This document shows positions 17,529-33,549 of a stretch of DNA of 64,000 nt, piece after piece. The position numbers and the translations under genes are program-made. How positions within the stretch are numbered: the first letter of the stretch is position 1; each line of letters begins with the position of its first letter. This DNA is from the human T2T-CHM13v2.0 reference genome, Homo sapiens: NCBI RefSeq assembly GCF_009914755.1, contig NC_060934.1. One strand, given 5' to 3'. Below the pieces are notes generated by a model. It saw only the letters and a program-made list of their open reading frames with translations. It made no database searches and was not told the DNA's origin.

Positions 17529-17843
17529 TTATTAGGCGTGGGACTTTATGTAATGTAAATTCGCTCAAATAGGATTTTGATTTTACAAAACAGAACAATG
17601 AAAAGAGAAAACAAAAAAATAGGAAGTAATAATAGGGTTCCTTCCATGTGGCACAATGCATGACTCCATTTTATGTTCTATTTTCTGGGCAAGATAATTT
17701 TTCTTTAATGGCTGTGACTATGTCATGTTGAGAATTATTCACCCTTTGGAACATATACGCTTTTCCTTGACACATGAGACTTTAAAAATGCTATCCCCAC
17801 TGCTTTTCTGATAACTATGTTTTCAATTCCTATCTCCACATGA

Positions 17844-18228
<385 letters not shown>

Positions 18229-19769
18229 TGTTCCCTTTCTTATTAATGACACCACCACTTATCTCATTATGCCAACCAGAAATCCAGGGATTATCTTAAC
18301 CTATTCCTCTCTCCTACTTTTCATTTTTAGTCCAAACCAGGACTAAATGTCTTACGATCCCACTCAACACCAATTGTGCTATAATCTTTGCTACCCTAGA
18401 AATCGCGGATTGAGATGACATCCATGTTGTCTCAACATTTGTTAAGGCCATTGTATAAAGGTCTAGATAAAGGTTCTACACAGAGGTCTGACAGCTGAAT
18501 CCTTTATAGAGCCTGTGCTCTGGGGCTAACTTTTTAGTAAACAGGATAAGACAAGAACATAAATAACCATTATACAAAGTTTCAATCCCATTTCCACTAG
18601 CAGGGGCAGGAGGGCTTATCCAGGAGGTCGCCTTTGAATCAGCACCATGAGGGATAAACTGGACTGAATCATGTGAAGATAGAGTTATCACAAGATGAAC
18701 GTTATAGCAGGAGAAACAGCCTGAGCAAAATCATAAAATCAAGGAGATAAGCTGACAGAAAGGCAAGCATTTAATCAAGCTGTAAGGGGAAAACCCAGAA
18801 ATAGGTTTGGAGAGGTATACAGAGACCAGACCACTGAGAGCACTGAAAGTCAGACTGAGAGGTTTGACCTGTGTCCATGACAGCCCACAGTGGGGAGTAC
18901 CCCATCGCCAGCTCTTAAGCCACCTGTGTCCCTTTTGTTGGTTCTAAAAGGTAAATTATGGATACACCAAGGCAGACTACAGCAATAATTTTGGATTCAT
19001 TTTGCTTGTTCCCAGTATGACCATTTTCTCATATGTTTCTTTTTAACTTTAAAATATGGTATTTTTTTGAAGGTAGAGGGAGTTGGTCCCAACTTTGTTT
19101 AATGATCATCTATCTCTAAATGTGCTTAATTGGGTCTTGTCCTTTTGCCATCTTCCATTACACAAGAGTGGGTGCCCAGACCTTATTATGGACACTTGAA
19201 TCCCAACCCCTGCCTTGGACTGCCAGGATGGCAACGCCACTGTCTACAGCAGCCCACTCAAGCTAGGGACCCAGACAGGAGTATTTTTCTTCACCTAGTT
19301 CAGTGTAAGTCGATTCTAATGGCCCCATAGATGAAGTAAAGACTGTATCTCAAATTAAAATTAGAAACAGGAGAGCACCGTTCTGAAAACAAGATAACCT
19401 AGAGTTTGCTTTTATTTAGATAGGAATCTATCATGAATCAAGAAACTGGATAATGATAGCTCCATCATTAAAATACATGGCCATTTGCTATGACCAGGTC
19501 TAGTCGCTAGTCTAGAAAAAAATAGAAAAGGAGCTACAGTTCACATAAAGATAATTATATTAATAATACTAACAAAGGCTGATGTTGAATCTTCAGTGTT
19601 GAAAGGATGATGGATTTGCTTCAAAATTATGTATTTAATAAGCTGTAATAGGCAAGACGGGCTAGTGTCTGGATATTTATATATTTAATATGTTGATATA
19701 TATTTAATATTGGTGTATATTTAATATATGTGGACATTTGTTTCTATGTTTTTGTGTTTTTTTTACATG

Positions 19770-19772
<3 letters not shown>

Positions 19773-19804
<32 letters not shown>
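19773..19804. repeat. (TG)n microsatellite
   Basis: About 16 uninterrupted TG units. Confidence 0.95.
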
Positions 19805-19805
<1 letters not shown>

Positions 19806-20748
19806 ACACATCATTTGTGCTTATATTCTAAGTAAGATTTTATTTTAGAAAATTCCCATCTTATCTTGGCTAAAATAAAAAGTAAAGGAATTGTCCCTGT
19901 CAGTGCTAGAAGGAAAGGTCTCGTAAAGGAATATACTGGTAGCTGTGTCCATCCAAGATGGACAACTCAGGAAGAAACAGATAAAGCTGGGGAATATAGC
20001 AAGGATCCCTCTAGGACCAGGAAATTTGGAAAAGAAATAATAACTTACCCTTTCCTGTCTTAAATATTTCCTTATGTCAGTCTTCAGTACTTCCTCTTCC
20101 AGAAAAGCTCCCAGAATAAAAACTAAATGGCTTTTTAACGTGGTCTCCAGGAATTTTAAAAGGAATAGGCAATTGAATAATTATTCCCTGGAGAAGGCCA
20201 TTGTAAGTACCTCTGCTCCTAAGTAGCACTAAATAAAGGAATTCAAGTAAAGAAGAAGAAGCAGTTGCTGATACTACAAAAAAGTTGTAAATAATTCTGA
20301 GAATAAGTTACATTGTTGCTTCAAAATGAAACAGTGTAAAGAACCATCATGCAATCTGCCCACTTGTGCTAAATACCTAGTTCAGTTCCTGTCTTTATCA
20401 TACCACTTTCCCCCCTGCCAAGTAATTATACAATCATAGATTATTTTTGCTGGAAAGGAACTTTGAATGTGGATCCTTATTTTAGAGATCAGGAAACTAA
20501 ATCCCAGAGAAATTGAATCCTGCCTTCTGAGACAATAGCCAACAAAGCTGTAACTCAAGTATAATGATTTTTCAGACTAGCTCTTTTACTAATTTCTCTT
20601 TTCCTCACTGGTGTCAGAAGTTGGCGGTCACAAAACTGATGGACAGATTTTGTTTGAGCCACTTTGTATGGTTTACTCACAATGGGCATTTACACTTAAA
20701 TTTTATTTTATTTCTTTGGTATACTGCAGTTAGAGTTTGCATTACTAA

Positions 20749-21114
<366 letters not shown>

Positions 21115-21829
21115 TTAAATTAAGGATACAGAGTGTGGAAACAACTAAGTTTAAGATGGGTATCTAACTTATCCTTGAAATGTTTGGGAAATGATAATTT
21201 AGGAACTAGGTTTAATGACATATTGATATGGGTGTTGAAATCATCAACATAGTGATGTTTTCATTTCTTTTGGAAAGAGTCTCTCATGCCTATGACGAGT
21301 TTTGGAGTTTGCCTATGTTATTAGTAGCCAAGCTCTCAGCAGGGGCCAACAAAACTGCATTCAGTGAAAAAAAGGCCTGGACCATTTTCTCTAGTAATTA
21401 ATACTGTAAGTTGTACTGCACTCTCAGACTTTTTTTAGCCTGTTATTTTGTGTGCTCTATGTGATCTACTTTTCAGTCTTTAGTTTCATTTAGGCTTAAA
21501 ATGACAAGTCGCCAGTGGCTCCCATCACAAGTTGCCGATGACAGTAAGTGTTCCTAAAAGGACCAACTTGCTCATCTCTCCCTGTGGATCCACCCATACT
21601 GTAGCCCCTGGGGCCACTTGCTGGTTGCTGAACCTGCTATGCATCTTGATTCCTCTCCATTTTGGCTCAGGGAGTGTTCTCTCCTTGAAATCTCACCCAC
21701 CTTCATTCTGTTCTTGGGAATATACTTAAAACCAGTCTCCAACTGTTGGCACCTTTGAGAAACCTTTCCCAGAAGTTACAAGTATGTGTTTACACTTCCT
21801 TTCCTCTGTGGTCATACATCACTTTGTTC

Positions 21830-22050
21830 TTCAGTTAGACACACCTGGGATAGAGTCCCAATCCTGCCGTCTATTAGTCTTGCCATGAACTAATTTTGTG
21901 ACTCTGTACAAGTTACTGAACCTCTCTTAGACACAGTTACAACCTGTTTATAAAATGAGGACACCAATAACACCTATCTGGTAAAGGTGAGAGGATAAAT
22001 GAAATGAAATAAAAAGCATGAAGCACCTGTACAATGTTAGCAGTCACCAG
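21830..22050 (+). mobile_element. MIR
   Basis: gtgactctgtacaagttactgaacctct ... tataaaatgaggacaccaataacacctatc ... gagaggataaatga. Confidence 0.7.
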
Positions 22051-22480
22051 CATTTTGTGGATAGTTACATGCATCTGTATTTTACAAATCTTAATCATCT
22101 ATGTCTCCAGTACTGAGTCTAGTACTTTGCATATAGTAAGTGCTCAATAAATTTGTATTATTTTGAATTGAAGAGTTTGGGTTGAGATCTGAAATAGAAT
22201 GCCTTGATATGGCTTTATATGTTCAACAGACACAATAGTGCGTTTAGCTATTTATTACTTACTGTGAGAAAAAAATTGGAGAACCAATTAACATGGAAGA
22301 TTTTTTGAGATAAAGGTTTTGAAATTTTGTTCTAAATTTTTTAATAGATACTTCCAAATCTATTTTAATATATGGTGAGAGATAGGGATCTAGTTTCATT
22401 CCTTTGCATATGTATACCCAGTTTTCCCAACACCATTTATTGAAGAGATTGTCTTTTCCCCACTGTATGGTCTTGGCACC

Positions 22481-22837
22481 TGTATTAGACCATTCTCACA
22501 CTGCTCTAAAGAACTACCTGAGACTGGGTAATTTATGAAGTAAAGAGGTTTAATTGACTCACTGTTCCTCAGGCTGTACAGGAAGCATGACTGGGGAGAC
22601 CTCAGGAGACTTACCATCATGGTGGAAGGGCGAAAGGGAAGCAAGCACATCTTCACATGGCGTCAGGAGTGAGAGTCAAGGGGGAAATTCTACACACTTT
22701 CAAACAACCAGATCTCATGACAACAGCAAGGAGGAAGTCCACCCCCATGATTCAGTCACCTCCCACAGGGTCCCTCCCCCCAACATTAGGAATTATAATT
22801 CAACATGAGATTTGGGTCGGGGCACAGAGCCATATCA
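22481..22837. mobile_element. MaLR solo LTR (MSTA-like)
   Basis: tgtattag...ctgctctaaagaactacctgagactgggtaatttat ... catatca. Perfect 5-bp TSD gcacc (22476-22480 / 22838-22842). Confidence 0.9.
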
Positions 22838-23868
22838 GCACCTTTGTGAAAAAAGAGCTCACTGCGGATTTATGGACTTATCGCTGGGTTCTCTATTCTG
22901 TCCCATTGGTCCATGTGTCTGTTTTTATGCTAGTACCCTGCTGTTTGGGTTACTATGCCTCTGTAGTATAATTTGAAGTCAAGTAATGTGATTCCACCAG
23001 TTTTGTTATTTTTTGCTTATGATGGCTTTGGCTATTCTGGGTCTTTTGTGGTTCCATATAAATTTAGCAGTGTTTTTACTATTTCTGTGAAGAATGTCAT
23101 TGATATTTTGACAGGGATTGCAATTAAATCTGTAGATTGCTTTGGGTAGTGTGGGTATTTTAACAATATTGATTCTTCTAATCCATAAACATGGAATATC
23201 TTTCCATTTTTTGGTGTCCCCTTCAATTTCTTGCATCAGTTATGTAGTTTTCATTGTAGAGATCTGTCACTTCTTTGGTTAATTCCTAGGCATTTTATTT
23301 TATTTGTAGCTATTGTAAATGGTGTTACTTTCTTGATTCCTTTTTCAGATTGTTTGTTGTTGGCATATAGAAATGCTACTGATTTTTGTACGTTGATTTT
23401 GCACTCTTTACTGATTTATCAGTTCTAATAGTTTTCTTGTGGAGTTGTTTAGGTTTTTTCAAGTATACCATCATATCCTCTGCAAACAAGGATAATATGA
23501 CTTCCTCCTTTTCAATGTGGACTCCCTTTATTTCTTTCTCTTGTCTGATGGCCCTACCTAGGACTTTCACTACTTATGTTGAATAACAGTAGGCATCTTT
23601 TTCATATTCCCAATCTTAGAAGAAAGGCTTTAAATTTTTCCCCATTCCGTATGATAGTAGTTATGGATCTGACATATGTTCGTTTTATTTTGTTAAGGTA
23701 TGTTTCTTCAAAATCCAGTTTTTGAGGGTTTTTGTCGTTTAAATTGATGCTTAATTTTTCACATGGTTTTTGTCCTTCATTCTGTTGATATAATGTATCA
23801 CATTGATTGATTTGCATATGTTGAACCATCTTTACATCCCTGGGATAAATCCCACTTGGTCATAATGA

Positions 23869-24178
<310 letters not shown>

Positions 24179-25006
24179 AAATGTGTAGTTGAATTTGGTT
24201 TGGTAGTATTTTGTTGAGAATTTTTGCGTCAAGATGCATTTGTGATATTGCCCTATAGGCTTTTCTTTCTCCTGTACTTTTCAGAATAGTTTGAGGAGGA
24301 TTGGCATTAGTTCTTTAAATGTTTGGTAGGAGTCAGCAGTGAAGCCATTGGGTCCCAGGCTTTTCTTTGCTGGAAGACTTTTTATGACGGCTTTGATCTC
24401 ATTACTTCATATTGGTCTGTTCAGGTTTTGGATCTCTTTATGGTTCAATCTTGGTAGGTTGTATGTGTCTGGGAATTTATTTATTCTAAATTTTTCAATT
24501 TATTGATGTATATTTGCTCATATTAGCTACCAAAGATCCTTTGAATTTCTGTGGTATCAGTTGTAATGTATCCTTTCTCAATTCTGATTTTACTTAATTG
24601 GGTCTTCTCTCATTTTTCTTAGTCTGGCTAAAGGTTTGTCAATTTTCTTTATCTTTAAAAAATCAACTTTTTGTTTCATTGATCTTTTGTATTGTTTTCT
24701 TCATTTCAAATTCATTTATTTCTGCTCTGATCTTTATTATTTCTTTTCTTTTACTAATCTTGAGTTTAGATTGCTCTTTCTTTTCTAGCTCTTGCATACA
24801 TCATTAGGTTGTTTATTTGAAGTTTTTTTTTTAATTTTTGATGTAAGCACTGATAGCTATAAATTTTCCTCCCATTACTGCTGTCACTGTATTCCATAGG
24901 TTATGGTATGTTGTGCGAAAATTATAATTTTTATTTCAAGAATTTTTTCAATTTCCTTCTTAATGTCTTCATTGACCCATTGGTTGTTTAGTATCATATT
25001 GGTTAA

Positions 25007-25520
<514 letters not shown>

Positions 25521-26182
25521 TTCATTTCTATGTGTTTGTGTAGTTTCCAAAATTGCTATTGTTACTGATTTCTAGTTTTGTTTCATTGTGGTCAGAGAAG
25601 ATGCTTGATATTATTTCCATTTAAAAAATATTTTAAGACTTGTTTTGTGACCTAACATATCATATATCTTTGAGAATTACCCATGTGCTGAGGAGAAAAA
25701 TGTGTATTCTGTAGCCATTGGATGAATGTTCTATAAATATGTATTAGGTCTATTTCATCTATAATGCAGATTAAGTCTGATGTTTCTTTGCTGATTTTCT
25801 TTCTGGAAGATTTATTCAATGCTGAAGGTGAAGTATTTAAGTCTCCAGCTGTTATTTTATTGGGGTTTATCTCTCTATTTAGCTCTAATATTTGCTTTAT
25901 ATATCTGGGTGCTCCAGTGTCAGGTGCATATATATTTACAATTGTTATATCCTCCTGCTGAATTCACCTCTTTATCATTACATAGTGACCTTTTTTGTCT
26001 CTTCTTATAGATTTTGTCTTGAAATCTATTTTGTCTGGTATAAGTATAGTGACTCCTGCTTTTTTTGGTTCCGGTTGGCATAGAATACCTCTTTCCATTC
26101 CTTTATTTTCAGTCTATGTGTGTCTTTTTAGATGAAGTGTGTTTCTTGTAAGCAACAGATCATTTGGTTTTAGTTTGGGTTT

Positions 26183-26214
<32 letters not shown>
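26183..26214. repeat. (GTT)n microsatellite
   Basis: About 10 GTT units inside the L1. Confidence 0.9.
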
Positions 26215-26215
<1 letters not shown>

Positions 26216-27994
26216 TTATCCATTCAGCCACTGTATGTCTTTTGATTGGAGAGTTTAGTCCACTTACTTTCAATATTATTATTGATAAGTAAGGAAGTAC
26301 TCCTGCCATTTTGTTATTTGTTTTCTAGTTGTTTTGTGGTCTTCTCTTCCTTCTTTTCTTCCTTCTTCTCTTCCTTTTAGTGAAGGTAATTTTCTCTGGT
26401 GGTATGATTTAATTTCTTTCTTATTTTTTGTATAACTGCTATATGTTTTCTGATTTGAGGTCACCACAAGGCTTGCACATACTATCTTATAACCCATTAT
26501 TGTAAGCTGATAACAACTTAACAATGTTTGCATAAACAAACAAGCAAAATGAAAACTAATTAAACTCTACCGCTTTACTTCATTATTCTGCTTTTTAACT
26601 TTTTGTTGTTTCTGTCCATATCTTCTTGTACTGTCTATGTCTTGAAACATGATTGTAGTTATTGTTTTTGATTGGTTCATCTTTTAGTCTTCCATAATTT
26701 ACCATAGTTACAGTATTATAATATTCTGTGTTTTTCCTTGTACTTACTATTACTAGCAAATTTTGTACCTTAAAATGATTTCTTATTGCTCATTAAAATA
26801 CTTTTCTACCTAATTGAAGTATTCCCATTAGCATTTCTTGTAGGACAGGTTTATTCTTGATAAAATCCCTAACTTTTATTTGTGTGGGAAAGTCTTTATT
26901 TCTCCTTCATGTTTAAAGGGTATTTTTGCCAGATATACTATTCTAGGGTAAAATATTTTCTCCATCAGCACTTTAAATATGTCATGCCACTCTCTCCTGG
27001 CCTGTAAGGTTTCCACTAAAAATTCAGTTGCCAAATGTATTGGAGCTCCCTTTTATGTAATTTACTTCTTTTGTCTCACTACTTTTAGGATCCTTTCTTT
27101 ATCTTTAACCTTTGGGAGTTTGATTATTAAATACCTTGAGGTGGTGTTCTTCAGATTAAATCTGCTTGGCATTCTATAACCTTCTTCTTCTTGGACATTG
27201 ATATCTTTTTCTAGATTTGAGAAATTATCCCTTTCAATAAACTTTCTACCCCTCTTTCTCTACTTCCTCTTTTTAGCCAGTAAGTTTTACATTTTTCCCT
27301 TTTGGGGGTATTTTTAGATCCTGTAGTTGTGCTTTATTGTTTTTTATTCTTTTTTCCTTTGTCTCTTCTGATTGCATTTTCAAATAGCCTGTCCTCAAGC
27401 TCACTAATTCTTTCTTCTGCTTAGTCAAATCTACTGTTAAATCTGATGCATTCTTCTATATGTCAATTGCATTTTTCAACCCCAGAATTTCTGTTTGATT
27501 ATGTTTAATTATTTCAATCTCTTAGTTAAATTTATCTGATAGAATTCTGAATTTCTTCTCTGTGTTATCTTGAATTTCTTTGAGTTTCCTCAAAACAACT
27601 ATTTTGAATTCTTTGTCTAAAAAAGTCACATACCTCTCTTTCTCCAGGATTGGTCCCTGGTGACTTACTTAGTTTATTTGGTGAGGTCATGTTTCCCTGG
27701 ATAGTTTTGATACTTGTGGACATTCATCTATATTTGGGCATTGAAGAGTTAGCTATTTCTGGTAGTGTTTGCAGTCTGGACTTGTTTGTGCCTATCTTTC
27801 TTGGGAAGGCTTTCCAGGCATTTGAAAGGACTGGGCTGTTGTGATCTAAGCCATATATGTATTAGGGGACATCCTCAGCCCAGTGATTCTGTGCTTCTTG
27901 CAGACTCATAGAAGTACTTGGATAAGATCTTGAATAATTTCCTGGATTGCCAAGCAGAGACTTTTGTTCTCTTCCTGTACTTTCTGCCAAACAG

Positions 27995-27996
<2 letters not shown>

Positions 27997-28035
<39 letters not shown>
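27997..28035. repeat. (TC)n microsatellite
   Basis: About 19 TC units in the L1 5'UTR region. Confidence 0.95.
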
Positions 28036-28038
<3 letters not shown>

Positions 28039-30219
28039 CTGAGCTAGATCTAGGGATGAGATGACACAAGCACCCTGGTGGCTACTGGGACTGCACTGAG
28101 TCAGACCTGAAGGCAGCATAGCACTGTGTCTTGCCCCATGCCCACTGTAACCACTACCTGGCTACTGCCTATGTTTGCTCAAGGCTCTGGAGTTCTACAA
28201 TGCCAGCAGGTGGCAAAGCCAGCCAGCATTATGTCCTTACTTCAGTTCAGGACAGTGAGTTCCCTCAGGCCCTGGGTAGGTCCAGAGATGTCATCAAGGA
28301 TCCAGGGACTGGAGTCAAGAACCTTAGAATCTTACCTGGTGTTCTATTGTAGTGTGGGTGAGCTGGCCCTCAAGCCATGAGACACAGTCTTTCCCACTCT
28401 TACCTCCCCTTTCCATAGGCAGAGGAGCTTCACCCCATGGTCACCACCACCACAGGCCCTTAGGGAGTACTGCCACGCTACCAGCAATGTTCACTTAAGG
28501 CACAAGTGCTCTTCATTCAGCTCATGGTGAACGCTGCCTGGCCTGTGACTCAGCCTTCAGGGCAGCGGGCTCCTTTCCAGCCCAGGGCAGGTTCATAAAT
28601 ACCGTCCCAGACTCAAGACCTGGAATGGGGACCCCAAGAGCCCACTTAATGCTGTATGCCCCTGTGACAAAACTGGTACCTACGATGCAAGACACAGTCC
28701 CCTTTACTTTTCCCTCTGCTTTTCTCAAGAAGGAGTCTTCTGCCCATAGCCATCACAGCTGGGAATGTGCTGATTCTCACTTGAAGCCAACAAGTCTGAG
28801 TCTCACCCAAGGCACATGGTGTACTATCTGGGTATCACTGCTGGTCATTCAGGGCCCAAGAGCTCTTTAGTCAGCAGGTGATGTGTCCTGCCAGGTCTTG
28901 GTTCTTCCCTTTAAGTCAGCAGCATATCTTCTGGCCCAGGTTGAGTCTAGACATGTCATTTGGGAACTAGGGCCTTGAAAGGGGGCCTCATGACTCTGAT
29001 TGCTGCCCTATCCTACTATGGCTGAGCTGGTATTCAAGATGCAAAACAAAGTCCTCTTTACTCTTAACTCTCCTCTTCTCAAGTGGAAAGAAAGATTCTG
29101 TTTCGGAGCTGTGAGCTGTGCAGCCTGTCATTGGAGAAGGGGTGGAGCAAACACTCCCTTAGCCCACTGGCTCTGAGCCCAGTTCAGCAGTAGGACTTAC
29201 TTATGAGTTGCAGTCTTTGTGGCCTAGGCTGCCTTTCAAGTTTATTTAGCACCCCAGAGCACTTTAGCCCATGCTGGCAAGGCTTGCCAAATCTCAAATT
29301 CTGACCACGGGGATGGGCGATTCCCCCTGGCTAGGGCTGGTTTAAATACTCCTTCTTTGGGTGAGTGTCAGCTGAGTTCAGCCTAGTTTTGCTTTCTGCA
29401 GTGATAAGATGGGTTGGGCTTGCGGGAGTCATTTTGCCAAGGATAACATGGTCTCTGTATATAACTAATGCTAGGGAGAAGAGCACTAATTTGACCCAGT
29501 AGCAAAGCCCTAATGATTAGAGGGAGTCAGAGCTCTGAATATACACATTGGCTCTTAACAAAAGCCATCTCAAGCCTAGCCCAACCAATGGGGTACATAT
29601 CTGTGTCCTAAGGAAGGGTGGGGCTACAAGTAAAAACTGAAAGAACTGAAAGAGCTGTTTCACTCAACCTGTAAAAGGAGGGTACAAGCAGCTGTGCTTT
29701 TCCATGTCAATTAGCACATAACATATAGAATATAACACGTAACAAACAGATCCATCTATTTGACTCCTGGGTGAATGGAGCTTCAGAAGGGCATGGCATG
29801 CCTGGTGTGCAGGCTGTCCAGCACAGCAGCAGTGTATCCACCCAGAGCATCAGCAGCAGAGGAACAAAATCCCCGGCAGAGCAACTGGAGACACTGCTTC
29901 TCTGGCTGAGCAATGCTGAGCCTGGCCAGCAAGGACTCCATATGCTCAGGAGCAGCAAGAACACCCAGAGTGACTAACAGGGTGCCAGCCACCATCTGCC
30001 CAGCAAAGTGGGAAGGAGACCAATGTCCAGCTAAGTGAGGACTGAGTACCAGTGGTGTCTGGCTGAAGCAGACTTGTCCATGAGCACTTGTGAGACATAC
30101 TTATGGGGACTTTGTAAAGTGACAGAAGTCCCACATTAGCATGTGATAACAATCAGCCTGCAAAATTTGATTACTAGTGTTATGACACTTATTGTACCCC
30201 TAACTTGTATGGGTGGCAT

Positions 30220-30233
30220 TAGATAGATAGATG

Positions 30234-30281
<48 letters not shown>
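30220..30281. repeat. (GATA)n tetranucleotide STR
   Basis: About 15 AGAT-type units with one GGAT interruption. Confidence 0.95.
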
Positions 30282-30283
<2 letters not shown>

Positions 30284-30299
30284 GTTCATTATGTACATA

Positions 30300-31298
30300 T
30301 GAAAACATGCACACATAACACAGTTCCTGGTCCATAACTTCCATAGTCCTTGTATTTCCTGAGTGACTAAAACAATAAGCATATCTTTTGTTGAAGTATG
30401 TGGCTTTTTGTCCTTGGTTCCTGTAGCAGCTTTGGAACAACTTCAGAGTGATAAAGGTGACAGACAGACTTTTGTTATAGTGTTGGGGTGCTTTAGGTCT
30501 CAGAAGCAGTCCTCAGGAAACAGAATCTCATTTTCTGACCTTCCCCGGTCCTCCTTTCATCTGCTCCTTTTGCTCCCCAAGCAGGCCACAGAGACTAAAA
30601 ATAAAATCTTTACCCACCTTTCTGTCTTGGGGCTGCCCATAAAGAAATTATCTGACCTACCTTCTTTGATTGCAGATCATAAGACCCACTCTTTATCCAA
30701 TCTCGTTTCTACAAGGTTGTCCATGCTTCATTTGTGCCTATCCAGTGAAGTCTCCATAAAAGGCCCAAGAGGACAGGGTATGGAGAACTTCTGGCTAGCT
30801 GAGCTCTTGCAGGAAGGTGAATAAGAACTCATTCATGTGGAGAGTGGCACATGATCATGGAAGCTCCTTCCCACATGCCTTGCCCTACACACATCTCTTT
30901 ATCTGTATCCTTTGTAATATTCTTTATAATAAACCAGTAAGTGTAAGGAAGCGAGGCACTCTAGCAACTTAATCAAACCCAAGGAGACGATCATGGGAAC
31001 CCTGATTTATAGCGTTGGTCAGAAGCACAGGTAAAACAACCTGTGGCTTGCTATTAATGTTGGAATTGGGGAACAGTCTAGTAGAACTGAGCCGTCAACC
31101 TGTGTAATCTGATACTATCTCCAGGTAGATAGTGACAGAATTGAACTGGGTTGGAGGACACCTATTGGTCTATTGGTGTCTGTTGCAAAACTGATTGCTT
31201 GCTTGATGCATTGAGAAAAAACTACACACATCTGGTCACAGAAGTCTTCTGTGTTAATTGTGGTGTGAGAGCAGAGTAAAAACTGTATTTTCAACACA
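30300..31298 (+). mobile_element. ERV solo LTR (MER21-family)
   Basis: Recalled MER21 motifs (gaagtctccataaaaggcccaagaggacaggg, tttgtaatattctttataataaaccagtaagtgt, cacatctggtcacagaagtcttctgtg). Ends in CA. AATAAA at 30928-30933. The left boundary is approximate. Confidence 0.75.
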
Positions 31299-31299
31299 G

Positions 31300-31425
31300 G
31301 TGGCCCATGTTGTACAACTCCAGGAGGCTCTATTCATATCATATTCCACATCAGTGCCCTCACCCTGGAGCACATAAATAGAACATTAATGGTGCCCCCC
31401 TGGAGTTGTGCAATGTGGACATGTG
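31300..31425. mobile_element. hAT-Tip100 MITE (MER91-like), palindromic
   Basis: ttgtacaactccaggagg (31310-31327) is the reverse complement of ccccctggagttgtgcaa (31396-31413) at 16/18. Confidence 0.7.
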
Positions 31426-32357
31426 GATCAGGAGCCTGAGAAAATTCTGAATACATTTGCTTTACAACCCAAAATAGATTACCATCTGTGATATTAGCTA
31501 TGTACACAAATAGAGAACCCAGTAGAGTTAAAAGCTATCCCTGGTTCATTGTTTGTAATCTGGATCCTGATTTAGCGTGAAAAATTTTGTAACCCAAAGT
31601 ACTTTCATATAAGATTGCATTCACATATAAATACATTCAGTAAATATATACAAGGATGAGATCGTAACATGATTCTCTAAAGTTCACGTGGAATCATTTA
31701 TTAGTTGTTTCTTTGGTACCTTTAGCATCATTCAATGAAATATTATTTTTCATTAGTAGTTAGTATTAAAATATGCTCAATACAGATAGGAACACTTAAA
31801 TTTTATCAGCTATTCAGATCACTTTACAAATTCTGAAAGTTTAGGTAAGATTCCCAAATTCCTGTAATGTAAATGTTTCCAATGATGTTCTAGAAATAAT
31901 TAATTATTTTACTGATAGCATTACCTGTTTTTAGCTTCATTAAATGGACTCAATTGTTTACTTGTTTCAAAAATATTTGTACATTTTCTTGTAATTTTAT
32001 AATTATTTTGTTTAAAGAGATTTCTGAAAACTATTACATTTGATTTCATGGGACAAAATAAGATGAATCCAACAAATATGTGTACTTAAATACAAAGAAA
32101 TAAAACACATTTTACTAAAAATAACAAAATTTACTGAAAAATTCTGAGTATACATCTTTTGGCCATAAAAAAGTTATTGTAGAGAGAGAAAAAAGACACA
32201 TATAACCTAAAGGGTTATCAAGAGCTTTAACCTACATTATGAATTTCAGTAAATATTGCAATACTAAGTTTTTGTGTTTTTTCCTTCAAATTAGCAATGC
32301 CTAGGATTTGACTGAATCCATTTTTACTATTGGTGTCATAAGAAAAGACACATTTCC

Positions 32358-32824
<467 letters not shown>

Positions 32825-33549
32825 TCACATTTTTAATACTCTAAATACATTTTTGTCATTATATCAAAGGCCTTAGTAATAAATCTATTGACAGTACCTT
32901 ACTGGAAAATTGTGCTTTAGAGTAGATATAACTTTAGCAATGACAGATAAGGGGGAGAAATATTTTTTAAGGACAGTAGTGTAGTTTTAGGTCAGAATAA
33001 TTTAGTCTTTGAGTAGAATTCAAACTGACATGCCCCTCATTCCTTACTGCCAGGAACATAGGGCTTTATCTCTGGCTGTTCAGTTGCCCTAATCTTATTT
33101 GCTTTCCCATTTACTTTTCTAATCTCTGAAAAAAAGTATTATATTTAACAGAATTTGTAGTTTTGGAAGATTCTGATTTACTTTGCAGTTAGGTAGTATA
33201 CATTTATATAAATACAGCTTGTTTTTTTTTTTTTAAGCGAAAAATCTGAAGTCAAAATTCCCAATGTTTTAGCAAAAAGAAAGAAAGATAGGGAAATAAG
33301 TAAATACCTAACCGTGACAATGCCAGTCTTGGAACTAGAAATTGAAATGGAATATTATTATTTCATGTCTATTCCCACAAGGGGAACTTGTGCTATAGAT
33401 TATATACATACATATATACATATGTGTGTGTGTGTGTGGTCTGTGTATATAAAGCCTGACATCACCTGGGCAGCCCAGACTAAAGTATAGATGTTGTTCC
33501 CTGTCCATGAATGATAGTGTAATTCTCTTGTATTTATTCATATAGGTTT

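Noticed and set aside
29400-30070. GC-richer block with overlapping ORFs
   Set aside because: It looks like an old LTR-derived sequence that I cannot assign. It has no convincing splice sites or protein motif.
30220-30281. (GATA)n as a GATA-factor enhancer
   Set aside because: It is a common STR, and the sequence alone gives no evidence of regulatory function.
30363-30824. 153-aa ORF
   Set aside because: It lies wholly within a solo LTR, starts at GTG and has no gag/pol/env or other recognisable motif.
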